This document shows, one piece after another, positions 23,208 to 37,470 of a stretch of DNA of 64,000 nucleotides. The notes below the pieces were generated by a model. The model ran no database searches. It was not told where the DNA came from and saw only the letters and a program-made list of their open reading frames with translations. Origin of the DNA: Scyliorhinus canicula (Eukaryota); NCBI RefSeq assembly GCF_902713615.1, contig NC_052148.1, forward strand, positions 253,452,690 to 253,516,689, given 5' to 3'. Within the stretch, counting starts at the first letter, position 1. Each line of letters opens with the position of its first letter. Made by a program: the position numbers and the translations under genes.

Positions 23208-25390
23208 GAGGCGGGATTCTCCATTCCTGAAATTAAGTGTTGATTCTGGGGCAGGACTCGAGGACTTCAATGACACCAAAACTGGTACTGCAGCTGGACC
23301 GATTCAGCCACGGTTAAGAGGCTAGCACCGGCGCCACGTGGAACACGATTGATTCCAATGATAAACGGTGCCCGATTCACCGGGTCCGTGATTGACACTC
23401 AGGAGGCTGACAAGCTGCAGCCACATATACACACTTCACTCCCCACACACACCATCCCAGCCAACAAGGTGACAGCGAGGAGTGCGGCTCCGGGATTCAC
23501 ATTTGCCGAGTTGGAGACCATCCTGGACACCGTGGAGGAGAGGCGGGTGACCCTGTACCCCGGCCCGGGAAGGGGGCTGCCAGCCGGCGCCATTCACTGT
23601 GCCTGGGTGCAGGTGGCAGAGACGGTCAGTGCCACCAGTAACACTGTCCGGACCAACCAGCGGCACAGGAAAAAACTGCACAACCTCCTCAGGCCAGCCA
23701 GGGTGAGTAGGCAGCACTGTGCCCCTCACAATAATCCCTGTCCCACACAGCCATTACCCCCTCACCCCCCCCCCCCCCCCCGACCTGGAGGGCAACCGAA
23801 CCCCCACCCTGCACCACATGCCAGCACCCTTACTGGCTGCCATGTCCGGCTGCCCTGGCCACTGAGGTGACCAGCTACCCTCCCCCTGTGCTGCCTGCGT
23901 TGGACTGTCTAACATTGTCGTTTTCTGCCCCCCCCCCCTCCCCCCCCCACCATCAGGAGAAGGCCGTCCATAACTGCTGGGAGCTGGAGAGGACTGGAGG
24001 GGGACAGCCGAACCTGCGACCCCTCACCATGGCTGAGCAGAGAGCCCTGGATGTGATCTGCGTCGCAGAGGAAATAGAGGTCAGTGGGGTGGAGGTTGGC
24101 TGCAGGTGAGGAAATGAGACCCCCATTGAGTTGCGGTTCTCCATGCCACGCGTGTCAAACACCCCCAATGCCAACCCCTACACCACCCCCACACCACCCT
24201 CACCACCACCCTCACCCTCACCATCCCCACCATCCCCACTCCTTCCCCCCACCTCCCCCCCCCCCCCCCCCCCCCCTCCCCCGGCACGCAGAGTAATCAT
24301 GTATCTTGTCTGGTGTCTTGCAAGACCTGCTAGTGATGGGACGGGTCCATCTGCTGTCCCCGCCCCCAGCCAGTGCCACAGTCTGAGCCCCGCCATGTAT
24401 CGAGCAGCGATGAGGAGAGCAGCACAGACTGAAGCCCTCGACAAGAGGCCCAAGCCACCCCCAGAACTCGAGTCCGGTGGTGACAGTGATCTCCCATTTC
24501 AGTTGTCTCCATCACCCTCCACCATCCCAGAGACACACCTCAATTCGGCAATTTAATGAAGAGCCTCCTGGTCAGCACGGTGGCACAGTGGTTAGCACTG
24601 CTGTCTCACAGCTCCAGAGGCCCGGGTTCAATTCCGGCCTCGGTTGACGGTCTGTGTGGAGTTTGTACTTTCCCCCTCCGTCTGCGTGGGTTTCCTCTGG
24701 ATGATCTGGTTACCTGCCACAGCCCAAAGAGGTTCGGTGGGGGTTACTGGGTTACGGAGATAGGATGGAGGTGTGGGCTTAGGTAGGGTGATCTCGAGCA
24801 GCACCAGCTCGTCCAACCGCAGGGAGGAAGGCCACCATTGCTGTTTGAATTCTAATATCCATTGTCTGCAGGGGATGAAAGGCAGACATGTTCACATGGT
24901 GCGTATCCAACATGGATACATGGTGGCCCCAGTTGGCACTGCGAACCATGCCCCCTCATGACTCCTCCCACCCCACTCTTGTACGCCTGGCTTCCTCTGT
25001 TCCCGGCACCTTGGCGCCTCTGGCCCTGGCGTTCACCCCTGCTGCCAGGGGTACTGTCGGCTGGTGCTGCCCTTGCCAGGGGTACGGTGCATGGCCCCTG
25101 TCCGATGCTGCCATAGTGGCTACCATGGCCATTGCGCTGGGTGGGCCGCTTGATTCCCCGCCGGTGGGTGGCGGCCTGTTGGGTGGTGGGGGGGTATGGT
25201 GTAGGGTGGGCTGGGGTGCGGGCACACATACAGACGGTGGCACTCTGCAGACCCAGGGGGCATAGTGGGTGTTCAGTGGGGTGCGCAGCAAGATGGTTGC
25301 CTTGCAGGCCGCAGCAATGGCAGTCCGTGCTTAGACACCTCCACAGTCCCATGGGGTGGGGGGGGGGGATCACCCCTGCCTCAAGGCCTG
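23208..25390 (+). mobile_element. PIF/Harbinger transposon relic carrying a spliced Myb/SANT-like DNA-binding gene (exon-like blocks about 23470-23702 and 23957-24105)
   Basis: GGCGGGATTCTCC terminus. Peptide APGFTFAELETILDTVEERRVTLY...AWVQVAETVSA...RKKLHNL, GTGAGT donor, then EKAVHN..ERTGGG: typical of Harbinger ORF2/NAIF1-like proteins. SINE inserted at about 24571-24790. Confidence 0.75.
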
Positions 25391-25394
25391 TACC

Positions 25395-26035
25395 CTGGTC
25401 ACACCACACATCCCCAGCCCTGGCTGTAGTTTTGCAGGCGATATAGGTTTGGCAGGTTTTAAGTTGAGCAGCAAGCTGACACAGACATGAGGGTCTGTAG
25501 GTTGTTGCTGAAATGGTCTCTCTCTCTCCCTCTGTCTCCAAGCAGTTATTCCAAGAAATCTCCATACAAGTGTACATCAAGTAACCCTGTGTTTGCTAAC
25601 TTCATTTATACATGTGATTTTGACCTGTGATGGGCTTTGCTTGATTGGAGATGGAGAAGGTATACGTTCGTAGTAAAAAGGGGTTTTGTTTTATTTTTTA
25701 AATTGTTTGTTAATTGAAAAGCTATTTTCTGTGATGTTAATGTGCTTAATCCTGTGTTAAGAATAAAGTTTGTTTTAATGTAAGACCAACCTCCCCGAAC
25801 AGGCGCCAGAATGTGGCGACTAGGGGCTTTTCACAGTAACTTCATTGAAGCCTACGTGTGACAATAAGCAATTTTCATTTCATTCATTTCATAAAAGGTA
25901 CCTATTCGCCAGTGGAATCACGTCCTGGAGCGAAGAATCCTTTCCTCACACTATTACAAATTAAAATAATGTGTTTGGAGTTCTTGCCCGTTATCCTAGC
26001 AAATGTTTTAGGGTTGTTCCAGGACTTTAATAGCT
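25395..26035 (+). mobile_element. Probable LTR remnant interrupted by a SINE tail (about 25785-25890)
   Basis: LTR-like layout with AATAAA near 25762; no TSD found. Confidence 0.35.
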
Positions 26036-26050
26036 TAATAGCATATGTAA

Positions 26051-26390
26051 AGCACAGTGGCACAGTGGTTAGCTCTGCTGCCTCACAACACCATGCTCAA
26101 TTCTGGCCTTGGGTCACTGTCTGTGTGAAGTTTGTATGTTCTCCCTGTATCTGGGTGGGTTTCCTCCGGGTGCTCCGGTTTCCTCCCACAGTCCAAGGAC
26201 GTGCAGGTTAGGTGGATCGGCCATGACAAATTTCCCATTCATGTCTAGGGATGTGCAGGTTAGGTTATGGTGTTACGGGGATAGGGGGGAGTGGGCAAAG
26301 AGTGTTCATTCGAAGGGTCAGTGCGCACTCTGTGGGGCTGAATAGCCTCCGTCTGCGCTGTAGGGATTTTATGTTTCTATGATTCCATGA
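26051..26390 (+). mobile_element. HE1-type SINE
   Basis: Conserved core and tail. Confidence 0.8.
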
Positions 26391-27867
26391 ATGTACTTGT
26401 GCCATTTTATAATGTTACAGATGCTATATAAATGCAAGTTATTTTAAACTGTGGAAGGTGTCAGTGTTGATTTGTTCAAATGCCAATTAGATAGATGTGC
26501 TTCAGAAAGTCGATCTTTGGGGTACAACTTCCAATTAATGTTAGACATGACATTTGGAAGTGTAGCAAGCTTGGGAGGAACAGATGACTTTGGACTTGTG
26601 GTTCCTGAAGCTGATCCCTACTTTTTCAGTGCATCATGTGGATGGCTGCAGCAAGCTAATTGATCGGGATTGAGCGCATTGACCAATCAATAATTTCATC
26701 ATTGTCATATTATATGACCACCTGGATGATAAAAGATGATTTAGATGAATCTTGGTCATTCATTGTCAACCAATCCTGATGTTTAAGGGTCCTTGCTGTG
26801 TACAAAATATTGTTTCACTATGTTATGCAGGCAACTGCACTTCAAAAGTAGTTAATTGTCTGTGAAGTACTCCTGAGGTTGTAAAATATGCCACGCACTA
26901 TATAAATGCAAGTATATTCTTTTTCCTTCTGGTACGGTACTGTCAGTTGAAACTTGTTAAGAGCACTGTATGTCCATCATTCCTTAATATTTAAAGATCA
27001 GTGTTCTGATTTGACACAGGCCCTGGATCTCCACTGCTCCAAATTATATTTTCTGTTTCTTATTAACTGTAACTACAAAAAAGATAATTATTTTAAATAG
27101 CACAGCTTATATTTATAAATGCCAGGATGTAGCAATTTGAGGAATTCTGATGAATAGATGGAATCTTAATTTGGTAAACTTTGCTCCTTTTTTGCAATGG
27201 AAGCGTACTAAAAATACACAGTGGACCGTTCCTCCCGGTTCAAAATGAACAGAAGGTAAATTGTTCTTAATGGATAACTACGACTGTCTGGTTACGTCAC
27301 AAAATATTTGAGTTAAACTTACATGTTGTTTGAAATATGTATGTCCCTTGTGGTAGACCACAAAGATAAAAGGCAGCCAAGGTTTAGGTTAGAGAGCATT
27401 TGAACTCATGCAAAATAAATGCATTAGAGCTAGCCAGAGAAAGTATCCGAGAGAGCTCAGATCAATCATATTGTTCAATGGGAGGGGAGGGGAAAGTGGT
27501 CACAGAATATGTTTGGGAAACTTTGGCAAAAAAAAGCACATGTCCAAAGGTTTAAACATATTTCAACAAACAAATTAAAATATAAGTAAAGTTCACACCA
27601 ATTAAACTGTTTATATTTATTATGGTCAACTGTCTACACGAGGCAATTAATACTTGTCATTTGCAATTTCCATAGATGTCAAAGCAAATTAAGGGCTTTG
27701 ACTGTTTTGGGCAGGCACAGCTGTTCAATTAGTAATTCACTCCTCAATAAAAAGCGATTAGCTTGGCTACTTAATTGTCAGTTGTTAGTGTCTGGTTACA
27801 TGTGATGCACTTCTCCTGTGAACTAGTGCTGAATTAACACCCTGGGGAGTGTTGCAGTGAATTAGAG

Positions 27868-29580
27868 CAGGGCTTGTAAAAGTGCAGGTCATGACCCGTG
27901 GGTGGGTCGCGGATGGGTGTCGGGAGGGTCGCGGAGTGATTGGTCGCGGTATTCCCATGCGGTCCCGATCGCAGGAGAAGCGACCAACGACCACCCTGGA
28001 ATTTTGATTGAGAATATTGCCACTTTTCTTTTAAATGAGAAGAAATTATGCTGCAGTCATTCGGGCAGAAGTGGCAGTAGTGAACAGGTCACAGAACAAG
28101 CCCTGTATATACATTTATCATCAAACGTCCTCTCTGTACATGATTTTGGAGCCAAATCACAGAGGAGAGCTTCTTCCATTTTCTAGCGGCTGGAAAGCAA
28201 TAACGTAGTGAAACAAAATTTTGTACACAGCAAGGACCCATAAACATCAGGAATGGTCGACAACGAATGACCAAGATTCATCTAAATTGCCAAAGACACG
28301 AATAGACAGTGTACTTACTGGACAGGACCTCACAAGTGAATCTGCTGGAGAGAGCTGCTTAGGAGAGTCCGGATCTCCAGTGTTAGCTTTGTACAGAGCT
28401 ACAAATAAAAATATTTTTATTGAAGTTTACATTTGTACACTGTACACGAGATGATTGAAACAGTTATTGTTTCCAATTTACATGCCTTTCCTTTTTTTGG
28501 CACCTCCTCTCACCCCGCCCCACCCCCCCTCCCACCTTGTCCCTGTCCCCCCCCCCCCCCCCCCACCCCATCTCTGCTCCCCCCTCCCCTTTCCTGCTAT
28601 TTTCAGGTTCTGTCTGAGGCCCTTTTCTTTGCCGTAGTTGTATTATCGATTGTTCATTTTGTTTTTATGGTTGTGGGGGTGGGGGTGGGGGGGGGGGGGG
28701 GGGGTGCAGGGTGCTCTGGCCCCCAAAGAACAAATTTAACTCAAAAACAAAGCAGTATAAAGATGATTTCTTGAGATATGATTTTGTCAATTGTGCTAAT
28801 TGGAATAAGGAGGAGAGGGCCAGAGACACAAACAGGCCAAGATCTCACAACTGAATCTGCTGGAGAGAGCTTCTCAGGAGAGCCCATGGCAGGACAAAGC
28901 AGTGCTGCTGTGAGCTGTATCCAGAGCTCCAGAACCCCTGGTGAACAAACCCATTAAGAAGAAACTGAATTCGGGAACAAAGCAACATAAATGTGATTTC
29001 TTGAGGTACGGCTTTATTAATTGTGCCAATGCAAATCAGGATGCAATGCCCATGTGTGTTATATGCAGGGAAGTACAGGCAAATGAGAGGAGAGGTTTCT
29101 GATTTTGAAAGAGAAGTGGTCGGTGAAAATTCATTTTTGAGGTTGAGGTTATTAAATTACAGCTGACAACAAAGGAAACGATTACACTGCTGTACCTGCC
29201 CTATGATACCACATGAAAAACACGCCAAAAGCCCATGAAGCTGTCAACATTCTGGAGTAGCATCTCTCAGGAGTATCCAGTGCTGAGTAAAACAAGCATT
29301 TTGTTTACATTGCCCTTCATGACGATCTACAAGTGTGAGGTTGTATTTTCTGTTTTCACAAAGGTGAAGACAGCACAAAGGAACTGGCTGAAGTCTGCAT
29401 TTGATATGCGCATTGTCCTCTCCTCCTGTGAACCTGATTTGAGTGAGATTTTGAGGACCAAGCAGGCTCCCTTTTCACATTAAAAATCAGCGAACATGGC
29501 ATGTGCTGCAAAGGTCAGCCGGTGTGAGTCACAAAGGTCAGCCTGCTTGGATCCCAAAGGTTGGCCTGTTGGCAAAAAAT
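27868..29580 (+). mobile_element. hAT (Buster/Charlie-like) transposon relic
   Basis: BED-finger remnant (YGFINC...PMCVIC...ANE, about 29005-29090) and hAT dimerisation domain (FWSSISQEYPVLSKTSILFTLPF...CEVVFS, 29235-29483). Confidence 0.8.
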
Positions 29581-31049
29581 GAATTAAAGGGATCTCTGGC
29601 GAGACCTGCAGTTGATGAAACACAGGGCAAAGCAAGAGATGGGGAGGAAGCTATTCGCTGAATTTCCCTGATCCAGTGTTATCATTGAATCTCTATGCAC
29701 ATTTGGATCAGAGAATTACTCCTGAATGCTGATGATGTCATGCTGGTTAGTCACAGAGATTACCAGCTACAAAGACTCATGGATTGACTAGGGGCTTTAC
29801 ACAGGAACTTCATTGAAGCCTAATTGTGACAATAAGTGATTATTATTATTATTATCAATGCCCGTAAATTGTTTTCCCCACTATAAATGTCAAGAAACCA
29901 TGGATATGGGACAGAATGTCACACGTCCACCCTTGATCACACTGAATAAAACCCCACTGGAAACTGTTAACAAATTCTGCTGTCTTGGTTCCAGTGGTGA
30001 CATAGAATCCGTCTGTGGATGAATAATTTGACGCACACATTAGGAAAGCATATACCACCTTTTACTGACTCTCGAAATGTACACGGAGGTATATCAAACT
30101 GCATCTTTGAACCAAGATGCTGGTGTTTTCCGTTTTTGTTGTTTGACAATGGAGCATGGATGATTCCTGGTTATTAAGAAATGAACCTTGGCAGTTTTCA
30201 TCTTTGAACGCAAAAGTTCACTTTTCAGATGCAAATCTCCCAAGTTTGCCAACGTTTATCAAGCAGAGGTGACTTCGCTGATTTAGATATGTTCATGGGA
30301 ATGCATCCATTGTCCATCTTGAGGATCCTCAGTATGGTGAGAAAGTCAGAGCAGGAAGTCCAATAAAATGTCCAAAGTTCCACTTCGTGGATGTTTACAA
30401 GCATGCCATGAAGGTCCTAAACACCGATTTCTACCCCGAAGGAGACCCTAGCCAATGACAGGAGTAATTGGCAACATCACCTGTGGGCTGGCACGTGCCA
30501 CCATAAGACCAGTGGCTACAGCAGCTTTACAGCAGGTGCCAACACTGGAAACAAGCCACAACGACCCATGATAACCACCTCCATATGCAGCGGAACCTGC
30601 CTCCCACTGCTTCCTCTCTTGAGCCATCGGTAAAAGAGCACCATATGGAACTACCCTAGTCCCAACGGACTGGTTGCATGCCCATCAACTTATGCAGGTG
30701 AAAAGTTGCTGGCAAACTTACAGAACTGTGTCCATGTCCTCAAGATGATGCTCATGCTGTTAATGTCCTCCAGCCTCCATCGCAACATTCTTACACCTTC
30801 TCTTGCCATTTTGCTGGAACAGTGATTTGCTTCTGGTCCACACTGCTGCAGGCTACATTTAAAGGCTACCTTATTCTTTTTTTGCAGCCATCTTCCAGAA
30901 GCAGACAAACAATTTTGGAAGCCAGAAGCATTGCATGCATTGAATGAATGCATACCTCCTTTAAGATGTTAATTTATCCATGGAATTGTGGCACTGAGGT
31001 CCAAATGGAAATCGCACAGACTAGATGCCCACCCAAACTTTTTTTATTC

Positions 31050-31410
31050 TTTAATTTGATGTGGGCATCTCTGGCGAGAACAGCATTTATTGCCCATCCC
31101 TAATTGCCCTTGAACTTGAGTGGCTTGCTAGGCCATTGCAGAGGGCAGTGAAGAGTCAACCACATTGCTGTGGGTCTGGAGTCACATGTAGGCCAGACCA
31201 GGTAAGGATGGCCGATTTCCCTATTCTAAAGAACATTAGTGAACCAGATTACTTTTTACAACAATTGATGTTAGCTGTCAGGGTCACCATTATTGGGAGT
31301 AGCTTCAAATTTCTGCTTTATTGTGGGATTTCAACCCATGTCCTCTGAGTATTAGTCTGGGCCTCTGGATTATTCATCCAGTGACATTACCATGATGATA
31401 CCATCTCCCC
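31050..31410 (-). mobile_element. Deu-SINE/SacSINE-like element
   Basis: Reverse copy of the GGTAATGTCACTGGA...AATCCAGAG head and AGGGCAATTAGGGATGGGCAATAAATGCTG tail also seen at 62330-62990. Confidence 0.55.
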
Positions 31411-31514
31411 TTGCCCATTTATCAAGCAAATGTAAGTGAGGCCTGGCAGTCGAAATTATCAAGGCATCTCCAATGTTGGCTTTTTGGTTAAGTTTCTCAT
31501 TTTGGTCCTGCTAT

Positions 31515-31857
31515 GAATCATAGAATCATAGAATTTGCAGTGCAGAAGGAGGCCATTCGGCCCTTCGAGTCTGCACTGGCCCTTTGAAAGAGCACCCTAC
31601 CTAAGCCCACGCCTCCACCCTATCCCCGTAAGCATACCTAATATTTTTTTGGACTCTAAGGGCAATTTAGCATAGCCAATTCACCTAACCTGCACATCTT
31701 TGGACTGTGGGAAGAAACCGGAACACCGGGAGGAAACCCACACAGACACGGGGAGAACGTGCAGACTCCGCACAGACAGTGACCCAAGCCGGGAATCGAA
31801 CCTGGGACCCTAGACCTGTGAAGCAACAGTGCTAACCACTGTGCTACCGTACCGCCC
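31515..31857 (-). mobile_element. HE1-type SINE
   Basis: Conserved head, core and tail. Confidence 0.88.
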
Positions 31858-31863
31858 AAGTAT

Positions 31864-34800
31864 CATAAGAACATAAGGACTAGGTGCAGGAGTAGGCCAT
31901 CTGGCCCCTCGAGCCTGCTCCACCATTCAATGAAATCATGACTGATCTTTTGTGGATTCAGCTCCACTTTCCGGCCCGAACACCATAACCCTTAATCCCT
32001 TTATTCTTCAAAAAACTATCTATCTTTACCTTAAAAACATTTAATGAAGGAGCCTCAACTGCTTCACTGGGCAAGGAATTCCATAGATTCACAACCCTTT
32101 GGGTGAAGAAGTTCCTCCTAAATTCAGTCCGAAATCTACTTCCCCTTATTTTGAGGCTATGCCCACTAGTTCTACTTTCACCCGCCAGTGGAAACAATCT
32201 GCCCGCATCTATCCTATCTATTCCCTTCATAATTTTATGTGATTCTCTAAGATCCCCCCTCATCCTTCTAAATTCCAACAAGTACAGTCCCAGTCTACTC
32301 AACCTCTCCTTATAATCCAACCCCTTCAGCTCTGGGATTAACCTAGTGAATCTCCTCTGCACACCCTCCAGTGCCAGTACGTCCTTTCTCAGGTAAGGAG
32401 ACCAAAACTGAACACAATACTCCAGGTGTGGCCTCACTAACACTTTATACAATTGCAGCATAACCTCCCTAGTCTTAAACTCCATCCCTCTAGCAATGAA
32501 GGACAAAATTCCATTTGCCTTCTTAATCACCTGTTGCACCTGTAAACCGACTTTTTGCGACTCATGCACTAGCACACCCAGGTCTCTCTGCACAGCAGCA
32601 TGTTTTAATATTTTATCATTTAAATAATAATCCCTTTTGCTGTTATTCCTACCAAAACGGATAACCTCACATTTGCCAACATTGTATTCCATCTGCCAGA
32701 CCCGAGCCCATTCACTTAACCTATCCAAATCCCTCTGCAGACTTCCGGTACCCTCTGCACTTTTTGCTTTACCACTCATCTTAGTGTTGTCTGCAAACTT
32801 GGACACATTGCACTTGGTCCCCAACTTCAAATCATCTCTGTAAATTGTGAACAATTGTGGGCCCAACGCTTATCCCTGAGGGACACCACTAGCTACTGAT
32901 TGCCAACCAGAGAAACACCCATTAATCCCCACTCTTTGCTTTCTATTAATTAACCAATCCTCTATCTATGCTACTACTTTACCCTTAATGCCATGCATCT
33001 TTATCTTATGCAGCAACCTTTTGTGTGGCACCTTGTCAAACGTTTTCTGAAAATCCAGATATACCACATCCATTGGCTCCCTATTATCTACCGCACTGGT
33101 AATGTCCTCAAAAAATTGCACTCAATTAGTTAGGCATGATCTGCCCTTTATGAATCCATTGGGCATCTGGTCAATGGGACAATTTCCTTCCAGATGCCTC
33201 ACTATTTCTTCCTTGGTGATAGATTCCAGTATCTTCCCAATTACAGAAGTTAAGCTCACTGGCCTATAATTACCCGCTTTCTGCCTACCTCCTTTTTTAA
33301 ACAGTGGTGTCATGTTTGCCAATTTCCAATCGGCCGGGGCCACCCCAGAGTCTAGTGAATTTTGGTAAATTATCACTGGTGCATTTGCAATTTCCCTAGC
33401 CATCTCTTTTAGCACTCTGGGATGCATTCCATCAGGGCCAGGAGACTTGTCTACCTTTAGCCCCATTAACTTGCCCATCACTACCTCCTTAGTGATAACA
33501 ATCCTCTCAAGGTCCTCACCTGTTATAGCCTCATTTCTATCAGTCACTGGCATGTTATTTGTGTCTTCCACTATGAAGACCGACCCAAAAAACCTGTTCA
33601 GTTCCTCAGCCATTTCCTCATCTCCCATTCTTAAATCTCCCTTCTCATCCTCTAATGGACCAATATTTACCTTAGCCACTCTTTTTTGTTTTATATATTT
33701 GTAGAAACATTTACTATCTGTTTTTATATTCTGAGCATGTTTACTCTCATAATCTATCTTACTCTTCTTTATAGCTTTTTTAGTAGCTTTCTGTTGCCCC
33801 CTAAAGATTTCCCAGTCCTCTAGTCTCCCACTAATCTTTGCCACTTGGTATGCTTTTTCCTTCAATTTGATACTCTCCCTTATTTCCTTAGATATCCACA
33901 GTCGATTTTCCCTCCTTCTACCGTCCTTCCTTTTAGTTGGTATAAACCTTTGCTGAGCACTGTGAAAAATCGCTTAGGTTCTCTACTGTTCCTTAACTGT
34001 TTCACCACAAAGTATTTGCTCCCAGTCTACTTTAGCTAGCTCTTCTCTCATCCCATTGTAATCTCCTTTGTTTAAGCACAAAACACTCGTGTTTGATTTT
34101 ACCTTCTCACCCTCCATCTGTATTTTAAATTCTACCATATTGTGATCGCATCTTCCGAGTGGATCCCTAACTATGAGATCATTAATCAATCCTGTCTCAT
34201 TACACAAGACCAGATCTAGGACCGCTTGTTCCCTCGTAGGTTCCATTACATACTGTTCTAGGAAACTATCGCGGATACATTCTATTAACTCCTGCTCAAG
34301 GCTGCCTTGACAGACCTGGTTAAACCAATCGACATGTAGATTAAAATCCCCCATAACTGCTGTACCATTTCTACATGCAGCAGTTATTTCTTTGTTTATT
34401 GCCTGTCCCACCATAATGTTACTATTTTGTGGCCTATAGACTACTCCTATTAGTGATTTTTTCGCCTTACTATTCCTGATTTCCACCCAAATGGATTCAA
34501 CCTTATCCTCCATAGCACTGATGTCATCCCTTACTATTGCCCTGATGTCATCCTTAAATAACAGAGCTACACCACCTCCCTTACCATCCACTCTGTCCTT
34601 CCGGATAGTTTGATACCCTCAGATATTTAACTCCCAGTCTTGACCATCCTTTAACCATCGTGAATGACTATGATTTAGTGGCCATGTTTAACCATGACCT
34701 CTAAATCATCGTCATTCACGATGATTTGCGCCATCAATTAATTTACCTTATTCCGAATACTACGAGCATTCAGATAAAGTACACTTATGTTGGCTTTTAT

Positions 34801-36120
34801 ACCTCTGCTTTGAATTGTAACACCTCGATCAGTAACATGTCCTAAGTTATATTTCCTCTTCACTTTTCTCCTAATTTTCCTTGTCGTTGAACCCATATCT
34901 TCATGTGACAACCTGCCGCATCGCTAACCATTAATGTTTGTACTTCCTTTTTTATTCCTTTTAGTATTACTGGGCTTATTCACTGAGCTCCCCTCAGTCA
35001 CTGCACGTTGTACTGTCGCCCTTTTTGATTTTTGACTGTGGCTTCTCTGCCTTACACATTCCTCCTGACTGCCTTTTGTTTCTGACCCTGTTTTACTACC
35101 TTCCAACTTCCTGCATTGGTTCCCATTCCCCTGCCACATTAGTTTAAACCCTCCCCAACCACTCTAGCAAACATCCCCCCCAGGACATTGGTTCCAGTTC
35201 TGCCCAGGTGCAGACCATCCGGTTTGTACTGGTCCCACCTCCCCCAGAACCGGTTCCAATGCCTCAGGAATTTGAATCTCTCCCTCTTGCACCATCACCC
35301 CCCCCCCCCCCTCACAGAATGTAGAATGTCCTGCGACCACACCGAGACATCCTTGACCCTTACACCAGGGAGGCAACATACCATCCTGGAGTCTCGATTG
35401 TATCCACAGAGCCGCCTGTCTATCCCCCTTACGATTGAGTCCCCTATCACTATAGCCCTGCCATTCTTCTTCCTGCCCTGCTGCACAGCAGAGCCAGCCA
35501 CGGTGCCATGAACCTGGCTGCTGCTGCCTTCCTCTGGTGAGCCATCTCCATCAACAGTATCCAAAGCGGTATATCTGTTTTGCAGGGAGATGACCGCCGG
35601 GGACACCTGCACTGCCTTCCTACTCTTGCTCTATCTTTTGGTCACCCATTTTCTATCTCCCTCAGTAACTTTCACCTGCGGTGCGACCAACTCGCTAAAC
35701 GTGCTATCCACGATGCCCTCAGCATCGCGGATGCTCCAAAGTGAATCATCCCGCAGCTCCAGAGCCATCAAGCGGTCTAACAGGAGCTGCAACTGGACAC
35801 ACTTCTTGCACGTGAAGGAGCCAGGGACAGTGGACGTGTCCCTGAGCTCCCAGATCGCACATGAGGAGCATGACACGGGTCTGGGTTCTCCTGCCATGCC
35901 TTAAACCTTCGGTTAACTTATACAACTACAATTCCAAAAAAAAACAAAGAAAAAAATAAATATACCAATGAAGAGAAAACGAAAAACTACTTACCAGTCA
36001 CTTACCAGGGATAAAAAAACACCTCCTCCCTCCCAAGCTTCGAATTCCCACCTAGCTTCAAATTCCCAAACTCACTCTTAGCTGTGTCTCACTCTGGCTG
36101 TGTCTTCTCTGGCTCACTGG
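31864..36120 (-). mobile_element. Near full-length CR1 LINE with disabled ORF1 and ORF2
   Basis: ORF1 with CxxC zinc finger (MAGEPRPVSCSSC...CKKC) and SGNH esterase motif (VIGDSIVR). ORF2 endonuclease (GGGVALL, MGDFN, DHNMV) and RT (KSPGPDG, FADN) broken by stops and frameshifts. (CTTATGTT)n-type tail at 31864. Confidence 0.92.
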
Positions 36121-37182
36121 AAGAACTCACTGCCCAAGTTAAAATTAGGGCCGTGCTGTTAGTGCATTTCCATGTAATTGTTTTTAGATTTAGACATTAT
36201 AAACATGAATGAAGATAATAATAACCTTTATTGTCACATGTAGGCTTACATTAACATGGCACTGATGTTACTGTGAAATGCCCCTCGTCGCCACATTCCC
36301 GGTGCCTGTTCAGGTACACAGAGAGAGAATTCAGAACAATGTCCCAATCAGGTCAACCCGGTTGCCCTAACAAAATATAGGGCCTTAAATGCTAATTTAG
36401 GATTATTATTCCTGTACTGCCCCATCAGGCTTTCTTGTAGGCGGAAAGTGTACCACACAATTTAGCTGCAGAAAGCAGATAAACAGTGAGGGCTAATAGT
36501 AGATCTCAATTCCCCTAGACTGTTTTCAGTTGCCAAGTAATGCAATAACAACAGTTTCAAGCATTACTGTTAAAACATACATACAGATGTTGAATTCTTA
36601 ATCTGTCACAAAGTATAACAGTTTACAAACATTAAGTTATTTCAGCAGTTTCTTGCCTTTAAATATTCCACTGAGTTTTATTAATAAATATTTCTAGTTG
36701 TGCAAATATTGATAGAACTTAAACAAATACATTATTTATATATTTTTGTAGATTATCCTCCTTTCTTGTTACTGGAATAAAGTATTCAAACTATGCATTA
36801 ATAAAATGTTGCCCCTTGGAGGGAGAGAGACTTCAAAAACAGCAGAAATTAGTTTAAACCTGAGCTCCAAATTTCAAGCATATTTTTGCTAGTACAAAGC
36901 AACCACAGGCAGCTTAGGGCTCCTAAAATAAATACTATTTTCCCAAATAAATGAAACAGCATACTTCAAGTATGAGGTTAGCCTTTGGGGGATAAAACAC
37001 AAGTACCATTATTGGAACAACAGCATGCACAATCAACTGAACAAACCCTTTTGAAGTAAATGTAATCATTTCAAGGGTGAGGTTCCAACGCATGATATAG
37101 TCATCACATATATAAAACTTGTAAAGTCACAAACTAGTAAACTCTATGAGATAAAATAGACACTGCCGGGAAATTCATTTCC

Positions 37183-37470
37183 CACAGTGGTTAGCACTGT
37201 TGCTTCACAGCTCCAGGGTCCCAGGTTCGATTCCCAGCTTGGGTGACTGTGTGGAATCTGCACGTTCTCCCATGTCTGCGTGGGTTTCCTCCAGGTGCTC
37301 TGGTTTCCTCCCACAAGTCCGAAAGACGTGCTGTTCGGTAATTTGGACATTCTGAATTCTCCCTCTGTGTACCCGAACAGGCGCATGAATGTGGCAACTA
37401 GGGGCTTTTCACAGTGACTTCATTGCAGCGTTAATGTAAGCCTACGTGTGACAATAAAGATTATTATTAT
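37183..37470 (+). mobile_element. V-SINE with alternative tail ending (TTA)n
   Basis: Same head and core; tail ...GGGGCTTTTCACAGTGACTTCATTGCAG...GACAATAAAGATTATTATT. Related copies at 39908-40200 (-) and 62607-62893 (+). Confidence 0.8.

Noticed and set aside
27190-27262. Possible exon ending AAG|GTAAAT
   Set aside because: The nearby ATG hits a stop after four codons, and the peptide is not recognisable.
29850-30960. Possible second Harbinger transposase remnant or host exons
   Set aside because: Only faint motif resemblance (FPNV..., EFVN...); too degraded to call.
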